This document shows, in pieces, positions 38,431-49,439 of a stretch of 64,000 bases of DNA; position 1 is the stretch's first letter; every line of letters starts with the position of its first letter. The stretch comes from an uncultured virus (IMG/VR IMGVR_UViG_3300027631_000013) (lineage: Duplodnaviria > Heunggongvirae > Uroviricota > Caudoviricetes): IMG/VR virus record IMGVR_UViG_3300027631_000013; one strand, written 5' to 3'. Both the position numbers and the translations under genes were made by a program. The notes beneath the pieces were generated by a model, which worked only from the letters and a program-made list of their open reading frames with translations, ran no database searches and was not told the DNA's origin.

Positions 38431-39095
38431 TAGATTCCATACCTCTTTCTTGTGGCATTAAAATTTTGCCTTATTTCTGTGGCGGATAAAGCACGGTTGT
38501 AAACTAATGTATTAGCAATGTTTCCCGAAAATGGATATGACCCATCAGTTACTCTTCCTACACTCATCCTTTGATTAGTCAGAACTGAACCAACAGCAGA
38601 AAAGGAACCTGCTACAGATGTGTCAACAAATTGGTAAACTGTTCCTGATATTCTAACAACTGATACAAAGCGCCAATTTCCATTTGCTATAACAATATTT
38701 CCATCAAAAGAATTTCCAGCTACCCATGTTCTCATCACGCCACTTGTTTGACTAGTGTAAACATAAATACCTCCACCGCCACCAGTGTCATCTAATCCAA
38801 AAATAGTTGTGTAGCTTGTAGTACTTGTTTTTATCCAAGAAGAAATTGTAAAATTGCCTGTACCAAAATTGAAAAGAGAATCTGCAGGTTTTAACAGAAA
38901 ATCATTAGTGCCATCAAAGAAAAAAGATCCATTATTTGCACTACTAAAACCTACTCCATTCACTAATGTTGATCCTGTCCCGCCTACAAGACTATTTGCA
39001 GTAATACCAGAACCAGCATATGATCTTGTATTAGCTGCGTCTAGGGCATATATCAATCCACTTGTTACAATTCCTGGTGAGTGTGATAGTCCCAT
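38430..39095 (-). CDS. LamG-like protein
   Basis: LDAANTRSY...FDGTND...YNRALSATEIRQNF. Confidence 0.8.
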   Translation of the reverse strand: MGLSHSPGIVTSGLIYALDAANTRSYAGSGITANSLVGGTGSTLVNGVGFSSANNGSFFFDGTNDFLLKPADSLFNFGTGNFTISSWIKTSTTSYTTIFGLDDTGGGGGIYVYTSQTSGVMRTWVAGNSFDGNIVIANGNWRFVSVVRISGTVYQFVDTSVAGSFSAVGSVLTNQRMSVGRVTDGSYPFSGNIANTLVYNRALSATEIRQNFNATRKRYGI

Positions 39096-39740
39096 TTAGA
39101 TTCCGTACCTGTCTCTTGTGGCTTCAAAGTTCTGCTTAATTTCTGCAGCGGATAAAGCACGATTGTAAATTTGCACTTGGGAGATATTGCCATTCAATCC
39201 CCAAAAACCAATACTATTGTGAATGCCTATAATAAGATCAGTTGTGGAAACATCGTAAGAATCTGAGCTACTTACAGATGCAATTAATTCACCATCCATA
39301 TAAATTGATTTAACAGTGGAACCTCTTACTAAACTGATCATATTCCATCTGCCAACGATAAAATTATAACTAGCGCCTAGTGTAGCACCTGAATTTGAAT
39401 AGTAATATGTAATATTACCTGAACTAACAACAGTTCCAGAATAAAATGAATCTACTAATAAATGTGTTCCTCCATCATTTCTTTTGAACCAGTAATTTTG
39501 AGTATAAACACTACCCATAACATCACAATTAGAAAATATTATATGATCGTTACTGCCATCAAAGAAAAAAGAGCCTCCATTCGTACTTGTAAATCCAGCA
39601 CCATTTACAAGACTTCCATTAAATACACCAATCAAACTATTTATAGTTACTCCAGATCCAGCATAGCTTCTTGTATTGGCAGCATCAAAATGAAATACAA
39701 GGTTATTTGTTACTAAATTAGGTGAATGAGATAGTGCCAT
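39096..39740 (-). CDS. LamG-like protein
   Basis: FDAANTRSY...FDGSND...YNRALSAAEIKQNF. Confidence 0.8.
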   Translation of the reverse strand: MALSHSPNLVTNNLVFHFDAANTRSYAGSGVTINSLIGVFNGSLVNGAGFTSTNGGSFFFDGSNDHIIFSNCDVMGSVYTQNYWFKRNDGGTHLLVDSFYSGTVVSSGNITYYYSNSGATLGASYNFIVGRWNMISLVRGSTVKSIYMDGELIASVSSSDSYDVSTTDLIIGIHNSIGFWGLNGNISQVQIYNRALSAAEIKQNFEATRDRYGI

Positions 39741-40402
39741 TAGATTCCATACCTATCCCTTGTAGCATTGAAGTTTTGAGAGATTTCTTGTTGTGTGAGA
39801 GCTCTGTTGTAAAGCCTACATTCTGATATAGATCCAGTCCAATATTGTTGTGGACCTATTTGAGCACCAATGTATGCTTGCCCAGATTGTACTGTGTTCC
39901 ACCCTCTAGCAGCTGAAAGACCTAAAACTCCATTTACATACAAATTAGCCGTTGATCCATCATATGTTCCAGTTATATTGAACCAAGTATTTAATGAAAC
40001 ACTAGTAGATTGTAAATCAGTGGCGAACCCTCCAAATAGAGATGACAATCCATAAACCCCAATAAAAAAGGCAGCATTTGTATTTGCAGTTCCATAGCCA
40101 AATATCATCTGCCAACTTCCTGTGTTTGCTGTTAATTTTGCCCATGCAGTTAAAGTTTTAGATCCTGTACCATATAAAAGACTTGCAACTGGCAAAGCAA
40201 TTCTGTCATTACTACCATCAAATATTAATGACCCACCATTTGATGTTGAGTATGTAGGGCCATTTTCTAAAGTGGCTGAACTTCCAGTAGCGCTTAATTG
40301 AAAAACTGTATTCCCTGAACCGCTATAGCATCTTGAATTAGCAAAATCAAGAGTATATACTAATCCGTTTGTCACTATTGATGTGTTATATGCTATTCCC
40401 AT
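39740..40402 (-). CDS. LamG-like protein
   Basis: FDGSND...GTYDG..LYVNG...YNRALTQQEI. Confidence 0.8.
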   Translation of the reverse strand: MGIAYNTSIVTNGLVYTLDFANSRCYSGSGNTVFQLSATGSSATLENGPTYSTSNGGSLIFDGSNDRIALPVASLLYGTGSKTLTAWAKLTANTGSWQMIFGYGTANTNAAFFIGVYGLSSLFGGFATDLQSTSVSLNTWFNITGTYDGSTANLYVNGVLGLSAARGWNTVQSGQAYIGAQIGPQQYWTGSISECRLYNRALTQQEISQNFNATRDRYGI

Positions 40403-41091
40403 TAGATTCCATACCTATCTCTAGTGGCCTCAAAGTTATTTTTTATTTCTGAAGCTGATAATGCCCTGTTGTAGATGGATACGTTCGCAATCCTACCAGT
40501 TAAATTATAGTTTGTTCCTTGATATGTTCCTATTTTTGCTGTTATTGAATTAGTACCAAGTGTTCCAGTTTGCGCCCGTGTGTTTTTAAGAACTCCGTTA
40601 ACATAGATCCTCATATTAGAACCATCATAAGTCCCTACAACGTTGTACCAAATGTTCAATAAATGAGATGAAGTGTCAACTACACTTACATCGGCACCAC
40701 CAGCGGATATCCTAAAAGAAAATGTATTTAAATAATTTTCCATTAACCAAGTCCAAGGAAATCCTTTAACAGTTATTACTGAATATGATGCTCCTCCACC
40801 ACCATAAGCAGTGTAATACACCCATGCAGAAGCAGTGACATTTGAGCTTCCACCTATATCGCTTAAAGAACTATTATTACCACAATCAATATGATCATTT
40901 ACTCCATCTAAAACAATTGAACCACCATTTAATCCGGAAAAAGTTGGGCCATTTGTCAAGATTCCAGTATTGCCAAAGCCAGATAAATCATATATTGTTA
41001 ATCCAGATCCAGCATAAGATCTCATGTTTGCTGCATCTACATATAACACTAATCCAGAAGAGGCAATATTTGGGTCAATGATTATAGCCAT
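40402..41091 (-). CDS. LamG-like protein
   Basis: WYNVVGTYDG..IYVNG...YNRALSASEI. Confidence 0.8.
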   Translation of the reverse strand: MAIIIDPNIASSGLVLYVDAANMRSYAGSGLTIYDLSGFGNTGILTNGPTFSGLNGGSIVLDGVNDHIDCGNNSSLSDIGGSSNVTASAWVYYTAYGGGGASYSVITVKGFPWTWLMENYLNTFSFRISAGGADVSVVDTSSHLLNIWYNVVGTYDGSNMRIYVNGVLKNTRAQTGTLGTNSITAKIGTYQGTNYNLTGRIANVSIYNRALSASEIKNNFEATRDRYGI

Positions 41092-41789
41092 TACAATCCA
41101 AATCTCCCTTTAGTGGCATTGTAGTTTTGTTGGATTTCTGTTGCTGATAATACACGATTGTAGATTTGAAGCTGAGGAATAAATCCATTCAAAAAATATG
41201 CGGCATTATTACTAGCATCACTATAAGATCCAATTCTGAAAATATGGCTTGCTTGAAAATCATTTGCTATGAATTGAGTGATTGTTGTTGCTGAATCAAA
41301 ACTCCCATTAATATAAAGAGTTAATTTATCAGTGCGATCATATACTGCACCAACGTGATACCAAGTATTTGCTGAGATGTTTAAAGTAGAGGGAGTATTC
41401 ACGTCTGCACCTCCCATACTCATAAAAGGATATATTTTACTATTTTGGATGAAAAGAGCATATCTAGACCCAGCAGCTGCAGCTATAGACTTTGAAAATA
41501 TTCCTTGAAGACCTGACACGGCATTAGCTTTAAAATACGTGCAAAAAGAAAAACTAGCTAACCCCATGTCAAAGTTATCGCCTAAATCAATAACATCATT
41601 AGAACCATCAAATACAAAGCTTCCATTATTTGACGATGTAAAACCTACTCCGTTTACAAGTGTTCCATTAATTCCGCCTGTTATTCCAAACACAGTATTT
41701 CCTGTTCCAGAATAACTTCGTGAATTTGCAGCGTCAAGGGCAAATACCAACCCGTCTGATACAATTGTTGGATTATAACTTAGTCCCAT
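41091..41789 (-). CDS. LamG-like protein
   Basis: WYHVGAVYD..LYING...YNRVLSATEI. Confidence 0.8.
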   Translation of the reverse strand: MGLSYNPTIVSDGLVFALDAANSRSYSGTGNTVFGITGGINGTLVNGVGFTSSNNGSFVFDGSNDVIDLGDNFDMGLASFSFCTYFKANAVSGLQGIFSKSIAAAAGSRYALFIQNSKIYPFMSMGGADVNTPSTLNISANTWYHVGAVYDRTDKLTLYINGSFDSATTITQFIANDFQASHIFRIGSYSDASNNAAYFLNGFIPQLQIYNRVLSATEIQQNYNATKGRFGL

Positions 41790-41791
41790 GA

Positions 41792-43789
41792 TTAAATGTT
41801 GTACCTAGTTCTGTAATAATCAAAGTTTTGCTTCACTTCATATGCAGAAAGAGCTCGATTGTTGATAGTGAAAAGATTCCATTTAGTTGCTGTATTTCCG
41901 TGATAGCCAACTCCTAAGCGTAAATTATTTCCACCATAAGAACCCAAACCCGAAGTAGAAGTTCCTTGCAAAACACCATTTTTGTACATTGACCATAAAT
42001 TATTAGAATATGTGATTGACATCAAAGCATTTTCATTTGAAGCTAAACTGACTAAAAGTCTGTAATCTCCATCAAGATACCAATATATTTGGGATGATGA
42101 TTCTCTTTTCAAATAAATCCATGGAACGCCAGTACCCTGTGAATCAGATATCTCCAACAAGCCACCAGAGGATGATGAAGTTGAAAAAAGAAAAGTAATT
42201 GTCAAACTTGAATCAATTACTGTTTTATTTACATCAGAAATTATAAAATCATTGGTACCATCTAATACTAAATTTGAAGTATTACCTAGACCAGAAAAAG
42301 CGGGACCATTGGTAAGTATTGCATGATAATTATTACCAGATAAATCGTACCAAGTGTTGCCTGTTCCTGAGTATGAAGCTCTATTTGCAGCATCTAATTC
42401 TAATACTAAACCATCACGAACAGGAAGAAGGGCATTAACAAATCTACCTTTAGTGGCATTGTAGTTTTGAAGGATTTCTTGCTGGGTAAGTGTTTTATTG
42501 TAAAGAAGTGTTTGTGATATACTAGCATTTGACATACCATCCCAGTTATATCCAATTACAAACATTCTATTATTGTTTATGCCACCAGATGAGCTTAATG
42601 TAGATTTCAATTCTCCATTTACATACATTTTAGCTGTGGAGGTGTCTGAAGTTAAAACGTAATTATCCCATCTCCCAAACTTAAATAAATAACTTCCGCC
42701 CCCAGCAATATCATTCTTCCATATTCTTTCTGTGTCGTTAGAAGCGATATCAATGCCAAAATCTGATCTATTTCCTGCTGTTGGATTATAAAAACCAACA
42801 AAGGGCTGATAATAGTTTTCGTCAGTTATTTTTGCCCAAATTGAAATAGTAGCATTTGCAGATATACCAAATCCTGAAGCATATGCATTATTGAATGATA
42901 TGTAATCATTAGTACCATCTAATACAATAACTCCACCATTTGACGATGACAACTCTGGGCCATTTGTAAGAGTTCCAGTGTTACCAAAACCACTCAAATC
43001 ATAAATGGAATTGCCTGTTCCTGGATATGATGTATTTTTACTTGGATCTATATGCAACACTAATCCATCGGAAACAATATTTTCTTCTGGATAATATTTT
43101 TTTCTTGTGGCATTGTAATTTTGTAATATTTCAGATGCAGAAAATCCCCTGTTATAAAGACTTACTGAACCGACATTTCCTTTGTAATAACTATAATTGC
43201 CAACATAGTCATACTTACCTACCATCATAGCGGATGAAGTATGTCCTATTGCTGCATTAGATGTATTCTGTCCGCAAAGAATATTGTTTACATACAATTT
43301 TACATTGGATGTTCCACTACCAGATCTTGTAGCTACTATGTGATGCCATTTATTTAACTCAAGATTTGTCAAACTTACTACATTGTCTTCTAAAACTAAT
43401 TGTGAGCCAGTAGTGTAAATTGTAAATCCTCTTCCAGAGCCAAACTCAAACCAAAATCCACTTCCAGCTCCACCATTATTTGCACTGCTCAAAATACATT
43501 GATAATCGTTATATCTAGTAAACTTTGCATAAACTTCAATGGTGAAATCAGATGCAAAAAAAGTATTGTAATTTGTTTGAATAAAATCATTGGTACCATC
43601 AAATGCAAAAGATCTTATTTCTGTATTATCAATAGGGTTTGCGGTAAATCCAACAAAAGTGCCACCAATAGAAGGGTTCACTAAATTGTAGATAGTGTTT
43701 CCTGACCCTGAATAGCAACGGGGATTGTTTGGATCAATATGAAAAATTAATCCATCAACAATTATGCTAGGTGAATGTCCAAGGCCCAT
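41792..43789 (-). CDS. Protein with three LamG-like domains
   Basis: Three GL..(I/L)D....Y.G / NR..S..E(I/V)..N(Y/F) units. Confidence 0.8.
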   Translation of the reverse strand: MGLGHSPSIIVDGLIFHIDPNNPRCYSGSGNTIYNLVNPSIGGTFVGFTANPIDNTEIRSFAFDGTNDFIQTNYNTFFASDFTIEVYAKFTRYNDYQCILSSANNGGAGSGFWFEFGSGRGFTIYTTGSQLVLEDNVVSLTNLELNKWHHIVATRSGSGTSNVKLYVNNILCGQNTSNAAIGHTSSAMMVGKYDYVGNYSYYKGNVGSVSLYNRGFSASEILQNYNATRKKYYPEENIVSDGLVLHIDPSKNTSYPGTGNSIYDLSGFGNTGTLTNGPELSSSNGGVIVLDGTNDYISFNNAYASGFGISANATISIWAKITDENYYQPFVGFYNPTAGNRSDFGIDIASNDTERIWKNDIAGGGSYLFKFGRWDNYVLTSDTSTAKMYVNGELKSTLSSSGGINNNRMFVIGYNWDGMSNASISQTLLYNKTLTQQEILQNYNATKGRFVNALLPVRDGLVLELDAANRASYSGTGNTWYDLSGNNYHAILTNGPAFSGLGNTSNLVLDGTNDFIISDVNKTVIDSSLTITFLFSTSSSSGGLLEISDSQGTGVPWIYLKRESSSQIYWYLDGDYRLLVSLASNENALMSITYSNNLWSMYKNGVLQGTSTSGLGSYGGNNLRLGVGYHGNTATKWNLFTINNRALSAYEVKQNFDYYRTRYNI

Positions 43790-43804
43790 GATTAAATGTT
43801 ATAC

Positions 43805-45169
43805 CTAGTATCCAAATCTGCCTTTTGTGGCATTGTAGTTTTGTTGAACTTCTACAGCGGATAATGCCCTATTGTAGATTTGTATTTTTGTCATTTTACA
43901 ATTCAAAAAATAACCTGCTCCATAATGATATGTAGCAAAAGATATCACATTAGTATTTATTGTAGCTAATGCAGAATTGTTTGTGGTGTAATCAAGAGAT
44001 CCATTAACATATAATTTTTGAGTTGTACCATCGGCTGTCATTACAATTTGATACCACTTATTAGATATCAAAGTCGTAGAACCTGCACCCACTCCTGTGC
44101 CCCAGCTACCACCGATTCTACCTCCAGCATTTGTAGTGTATGCTTCGCCAGAAATTAGTCTAAAAGAACCTTCTTTGTTTATTCCTAATCCAGCAACAGG
44201 GATAACAGGAAAATTAAACCAAGCTGACACAGTAATATATGTAAGTTCTTGGCTGCTATTATGTGGAATTGTCATATAGTCATTGGTTCCATCAAAAACT
44301 ATAGCTCCTCCATTTAAACCCGAAAAAGTAGCACCATTGGCGAGAGTTCCAGTATTTCCAGAACCAGAAAGATCATAAACTGCATTGCCTGACCCTATAT
44401 ATGAAGACGGTTTGCTAGGATCAATATAAAGCACTAATCCATTTGTAACTATATTCTCTTCTGGAAAATATCTTTTTTTGGATGAATTATAGTTTCTTGT
44501 TATTTCGTCAGATGTAAGAGCACGATTGTATATTTTTATTTGATTTATTTTACCTGAATGAAAATAACCAGCTCCATTGTTATATCCAGATCCATTGTCA
44601 TCAGCCCCAATCAAAACTCTTGTATTGTTAGCATCATATTGAATAGAGCCTGTGATATTTGAGCTATTTAACAATACTCCATCTAAATATAGTCTTTGAG
44701 CTGAACCATCATATGTATGTATTAAATTATGCCATTTATTTCCAGATATATTAGAAATACCAATTCCAATATAAGCAAATGATCCAGAAGTGTTTACCCC
44801 GCCATAAATTGTTGAACTCTCCATCCATAACGCATATGTATTGTTTGATGAAGATCCATATTGAAGTCCTATAAAAATAGCTGCATTTGGAATTGTAGAA
44901 AAATTAAACCAAACTTCTTGAGTTAAGCCAGATGTAGGACTCATTGAAGAAGATCTAACAATGGTCATATAATCGTTAGAACCATCAAAGTTAAAAAATG
45001 ATTGTGGTGCGGATTGAAAAGATGGTGAATCAACAAAAGTAGCTTTATTAGAATTACCACTTAAGTCGTACCAAGTATTACCAGATCCAGAATAACTTGC
45101 ACTATTGGCAGCATCTAAATATAACACCAACCCATCAGATGCAGAGGGTGGTCCAGAATATGTTCCCAT
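43805..45169 (-). CDS. Protein with two LamG-like domains
   Basis: Two units joined by RYFPEENIV, the same linker type as in 41792..43789. Confidence 0.8.
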   Translation of the reverse strand: MGTYSGPPSASDGLVLYLDAANSASYSGSGNTWYDLSGNSNKATFVDSPSFQSAPQSFFNFDGSNDYMTIVRSSSMSPTSGLTQEVWFNFSTIPNAAIFIGLQYGSSSNNTYALWMESSTIYGGVNTSGSFAYIGIGISNISGNKWHNLIHTYDGSAQRLYLDGVLLNSSNITGSIQYDANNTRVLIGADDNGSGYNNGAGYFHSGKINQIKIYNRALTSDEITRNYNSSKKRYFPEENIVTNGLVLYIDPSKPSSYIGSGNAVYDLSGSGNTGTLANGATFSGLNGGAIVFDGTNDYMTIPHNSSQELTYITVSAWFNFPVIPVAGLGINKEGSFRLISGEAYTTNAGGRIGGSWGTGVGAGSTTLISNKWYQIVMTADGTTQKLYVNGSLDYTTNNSALATINTNVISFATYHYGAGYFLNCKMTKIQIYNRALSAVEVQQNYNATKGRFGY

Positions 45170-46563
45170 TACACTCCATACCTCCCTCTATTAGATTGAT
45201 ATATATGATTTAATTCTGAAGGTGATAAAACACGATTATAAAGCATGAAAGAATAAACTCTGCCTTTGTAATTGTAAGCTTGATCTAAAGAATATCCAAT
45301 TCTTGTATTTGACATTTGAACAGAACTTTGGCTAGATGTTTTATATTGTAAAAAAGCATTTTGATAAAGCTTCCATTCAGAACTACTAGAAGTTACACTA
45401 ACCATATGAATGTTATTTCTAGCAACAGTTGGACTTAATGTTATGGGGCCAATTCTACCAAATCTTAATGTGCTGAAATATCCAAAACCATCAACCCAAG
45501 GATAATGGTCATTAGCAGTACCATTTCCGTAACCCATAAATCCAGTATATGTTGTAGAAGAGGCTGTGGCTTCATCATTTTTAAGCCATATAACCATTGT
45601 GGCATTTGTGGTGAAAAGGCCAGTATTTACAGTGGAAGCAATGAAGTCATTTGTTCCATCTAATGTAAAATATGAAGAACTTCCAACACTTGTAAATGTA
45701 GGACCATTAGTAAGAACACCATCATTCTTGTTACCAGATAAATCAGCAACAATTGTACCTGAACCCTGATAAGACACTACATTCCCAGCATCATAATACA
45801 AAACTAAACCATCAGTAAATATAGGATTTGAAAATGCATATCTAGTCTTATTTGCATCATAATTTTGCTTAACTTCATCAGGTGTTAAAGCTTTATTATA
45901 GATTCTTACTATTGAAGTATCACATTTATTATAATAATTGTTCATTGCTGAATTAGCTATTCTTATATTTCTTCCTGAAATATTATTAACAGAAGTAGTA
46001 ACTGCCATTCCAGCAGGAGATGAAGTTCCAATCAAAGCTCCATTCATATAAACTGACAATCCAGCTCCAGCTCTTATCCCTACAATTTGATTCCAAAGAT
46101 AAAGTGTAGGAGTATTTGGAATCATCATTTCATATAAAGTTGATCCACTTTCTATTCCAAATTGAATTGATTCGCCTGTTCCTGAACTGCTATTGCCTAA
46201 AGAAAAAAACCACTCATTAGTTCCAGAACCACCACCAGCGTAATTCCACTTATTCACGCCCCAATAATTACTGTTTGACGAAGTGGCATTTTTTCTGAAC
46301 CAATGCTCTACTGTAAAATTATTAGCACCAAAATCAAATATAGAATTGTCAAGTATTTCTATATAGTCATTAGTACCATCACAACTTATAAATCCACCAG
46401 AATTACTTGAATATGCTGGGCCATTAACAAGAGTGCCATGATTACCTCTTCCAGTAATGTCAAACCAAGTATTCCCAGAACCAGAATATGATTTAGGATT
46501 GGCAGCATCTAAAGCTAAAATTAAATTAGATGTTACTATAGAAGGTGAATGTGAAAGTCCCAT
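45169..46563 (-). CDS. Protein with two LamG-like domains
   Basis: Two conserved LamG-like units. Confidence 0.8.
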   Translation of the reverse strand: MGLSHSPSIVTSNLILALDAANPKSYSGSGNTWFDITGRGNHGTLVNGPAYSSNSGGFISCDGTNDYIEILDNSIFDFGANNFTVEHWFRKNATSSNSNYWGVNKWNYAGGGSGTNEWFFSLGNSSSGTGESIQFGIESGSTLYEMMIPNTPTLYLWNQIVGIRAGAGLSVYMNGALIGTSSPAGMAVTTSVNNISGRNIRIANSAMNNYYNKCDTSIVRIYNKALTPDEVKQNYDANKTRYAFSNPIFTDGLVLYYDAGNVVSYQGSGTIVADLSGNKNDGVLTNGPTFTSVGSSSYFTLDGTNDFIASTVNTGLFTTNATMVIWLKNDEATASSTTYTGFMGYGNGTANDHYPWVDGFGYFSTLRFGRIGPITLSPTVARNNIHMVSVTSSSSEWKLYQNAFLQYKTSSQSSVQMSNTRIGYSLDQAYNYKGRVYSFMLYNRVLSPSELNHIYQSNRGRYGV

Positions 46564-46568
46564 AATTT

Positions 46569-47645
46569 TTAAGGTTTTGCGTTCGTAGATACTAAATATT
46601 TTGATCCAGTGTAAGGAGCGCCTTGGTCATCAAAAGCTGAAATTAAACCTGTAGAGGAAAGGCTCTGTAACATAAGAAAACCATAAACGCTATAGTTTCC
46701 ATTTGGCTCATTATAAGTTGCGTCTCTTATCCACCATCTTCCACCATCAGGCACTCTCCATCCTGTTGCCCCAGATCCATAATAGTTTGGATCTCTCATA
46801 ATTGAACTAGTGTAATTTGAAGCTATTGTGTTATAAATTGCTCCACAATGATTCATGTAAGTGCTGTAAGAAACACCTAAGACATTTTGAGTAAACTCAT
46901 ATATAGCCTTCCAATGTGCTTGAGATCTAGGATAAATTAAATCTAAACCTAAAGTTGTTCCGGAATTAATTTGAGTAACTGAATTAACACTAGTACCATT
47001 ATTAATTACATAAAAATCATATCCTCCACCATCATTTGTCATATCCACATACATATATAAAGTATTGGGCATATTTTGATTTTTAATATAATAATAACCA
47101 GAAGGAAGATCAGGGCTTTGCTGCTTTAAGGAATATCCACTTTTAGCAGGATTACCAACAGTACCAAGAGTTACATAAGAAATTGGAAGATCAAATCTAC
47201 CCCTAAAAGCAGCATAATTATTTTTTATCTCATTGGCTGTAAGGATTCTATTGTAAACTCCAGCTGCAGCAATTGTGATAGAAGGCTTTAATTGATAACT
47301 TATAACTACTGGAGCCATATCAGTAGCACCAGATATTACTAAGTTTGTAATATCATCAACATACCCTGAAGAAAAAACCTCATTTGGTACATCTATTCTA
47401 TAATAACCAGGCAAATTAGTAGAGTCTAATTCAACAAATCCACCAGAAAACCAAGGATCTCCAGCAGAATGTGATCTCAATGTAATACCCACACCAGCAA
47501 ACTCTTTCCTACAATAATAAGCTTTTAATCCAGAAGAAGAAAAGCCTAAACCTGTAAGTGGCTTGTTGTTATAAGTGTCATTTCTTTGAATATAAATGTA
47601 TTCAGAATGATTAACCTTATTTATGGGTATTATTTTGCTTATCAT
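46569..47645 (-). CDS. Mosaic virion protein: GGFVE/PGxYRID module + LamG C-terminal remnant + fibrinogen-like lectin domain
   Basis: N-terminal module shared with the 603/606-aa proteins; YNRILTANEIKNNY; SGYYYIK..MYVDMTNDGGGY. Confidence 0.7.
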   Translation of the reverse strand: MISKIIPINKVNHSEYIYIQRNDTYNNKPLTGLGFSSSGLKAYYCRKEFAGVGITLRSHSAGDPWFSGGFVELDSTNLPGYYRIDVPNEVFSSGYVDDITNLVISGATDMAPVVISYQLKPSITIAAAGVYNRILTANEIKNNYAAFRGRFDLPISYVTLGTVGNPAKSGYSLKQQSPDLPSGYYYIKNQNMPNTLYMYVDMTNDGGGYDFYVINNGTSVNSVTQINSGTTLGLDLIYPRSQAHWKAIYEFTQNVLGVSYSTYMNHCGAIYNTIASNYTSSIMRDPNYYGSGATGWRVPDGGRWWIRDATYNEPNGNYSVYGFLMLQSLSSTGLISAFDDQGAPYTGSKYLVSTNAKP

Positions 47646-49438
47646 CTATATTCAATTCTTAATGGATTCATATTTTCTGCGCCCCTAATATAAATAGTGG
47701 CTTCGTCTACTCCAGAATTAAACACAGCATTAGGTATGTCAATTCTATATAATCCTGGCATATTTGTATTATCAACAGCTACAAAACCTCCAGAAGAATA
47801 AGAACCTGTAGCTGTTTGTGTTGCTAATGAAATAGCTGTAGGTGATGCTCCAGGACGAACATAATAAGCTGTTAAACCAGAAGAATTATAAGCTAAACCT
47901 GTAAGAGCAGAACCAGAGTTTCCTTGTGTGATATTTATATATTCTACTGTACTTGTATTTCCAGCAACGAATGTTCTTTTTTCAACATCAGGGGTTCTAG
48001 TATATTGGAGTAAGACATTATGGAAAGCACCATTAAAGCCTCCTCCTCTAACAGAAACAATAACTTTTCCAACACCTGATACAAAAGCAGCATTAGGAAC
48101 ATCTAGTCTATACAATCCTGGAGCATTAGAAGAACTTACTTCAGCAAATCCTCCAGAAGTCCAAGTTCCATTCACTGTTTGAGCAGCTAATGTAATAGAA
48201 ACTGGAGCTGCATTATCTCTTGTGTAATGAGCAACTAAACCTGCTACATTGTAAGATACACCTGTAGCACCGAGCATCATATATAAAGATTGAGAAGTTG
48301 AATCAGGAGAAATGGTTATCGATTCAAACTGTCTGTCAGGTGCAGCAAAGTTAGTAATGCTATTTAACGATCTATATTGTATAGCACCAATATCTGGCAA
48401 TGCTTGTTGCCAGCCATATCCAAATAAATCAGATGTACCCACCCCAACAGTAGTTCCAGCCCCAGATAAGTATCCATTATTTTTACTTGATAAAAATTGA
48501 GTATGTGATAAACCAAATAATAATGGTTCAGCAAAATCTAGACCAGATAAACCATATGAACAATTAATAAGTTTATTAGGAGGACTATTATAATGCTGCG
48601 ACCCACCAGCAAATCTACAATTAGTGTAGCCCATATGATTACCATTAATCCAACAAACATTAGCGTAATCACCAGCCCAAATTAAAGTGTTGTATACATC
48701 AATCATGCCTGCGCCACTACCATATGTATTCATTCCATGGCTTTCATTGTTAATAAAAGTGCAGTTTGTAATTGTTATTGGGCTAGTTAATGTATAATTG
48801 ATACCATTAACAAACCATCTATTTCCTAATGCCAAACAATTTTTTGCACTCATAAATCCACTTAAACCAATCCCACTTGTCATAGGATCATAATAAATAA
48901 AATTACCTCCTAAAGAGATTAAATTTTCAAATGCATGAGGAACTAATGTAGTGTTTTGAATAATTCTTATAGCATTAGCGTCATATGATCCATATAGAAA
49001 TGATGTTAAAACACTATTGCACAGCTTGATGTTACTACAAGAAGAAATACCCAAACCTGTATAATAATATTCTAAATACAATGATTCAAAATTGATATTA
49101 CTTTTCCCAGTAGCAGAAATTAATGTGTTTGACGATGGATAAAATATTGTTGACAAACTATCATATAAAGTATTGGCTGTTATTCTAACACTATCAGGAG
49201 TTACACCAGTAAATTGCAGTGCCTTAGGATCTCCATAAATATATGTTGTGCTGCCAGTTGAAGTAAATCCTATAGTCAATGTTTCCCTATAGACACCAGG
49301 AGCAATATATAAAGTATCTCCACCAGTAATTCCTGTACCACCAAGCGCTTTTGTTAATGTTTTCCAAGATCCTGATGTGTTTGGAGTAGTACCAGTATTA
49401 GAATCATTTCCATCATTTCTCACATAGTAAGTAGGCAT
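47642..49438 (-). CDS. Right-handed beta-helix (pectate-lyase-like fold) virion protein, copy 1
   Basis: TYYVRNDGNDSNTG..WKTL..GDTLYIAPGVYRE, ITNCTF repeats, PDIGAIQY, then two GGF/PGLYR modules. Confidence 0.75.
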   Translation of the reverse strand: MPTYYVRNDGNDSNTGTTPNTSGSWKTLTKALGGTGITGGDTLYIAPGVYRETLTIGFTSTGSTTYIYGDPKALQFTGVTPDSVRITANTLYDSLSTIFYPSSNTLISATGKSNINFESLYLEYYYTGLGISSCSNIKLCNSVLTSFLYGSYDANAIRIIQNTTLVPHAFENLISLGGNFIYYDPMTSGIGLSGFMSAKNCLALGNRWFVNGINYTLTSPITITNCTFINNESHGMNTYGSGAGMIDVYNTLIWAGDYANVCWINGNHMGYTNCRFAGGSQHYNSPPNKLINCSYGLSGLDFAEPLLFGLSHTQFLSSKNNGYLSGAGTTVGVGTSDLFGYGWQQALPDIGAIQYRSLNSITNFAAPDRQFESITISPDSTSQSLYMMLGATGVSYNVAGLVAHYTRDNAAPVSITLAAQTVNGTWTSGGFAEVSSSNAPGLYRLDVPNAAFVSGVGKVIVSVRGGGFNGAFHNVLLQYTRTPDVEKRTFVAGNTSTVEYINITQGNSGSALTGLAYNSSGLTAYYVRPGASPTAISLATQTATGSYSSGGFVAVDNTNMPGLYRIDIPNAVFNSGVDEATIYIRGAENMNPLRIEYR

Positions 49439-49439
49439 T

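Noticed and set aside
37067..46563. Shufflon/invertase system
   Set aside because: All cassettes are co-oriented with their own start codons; no recombinase gene or inverted crossover sites seen.
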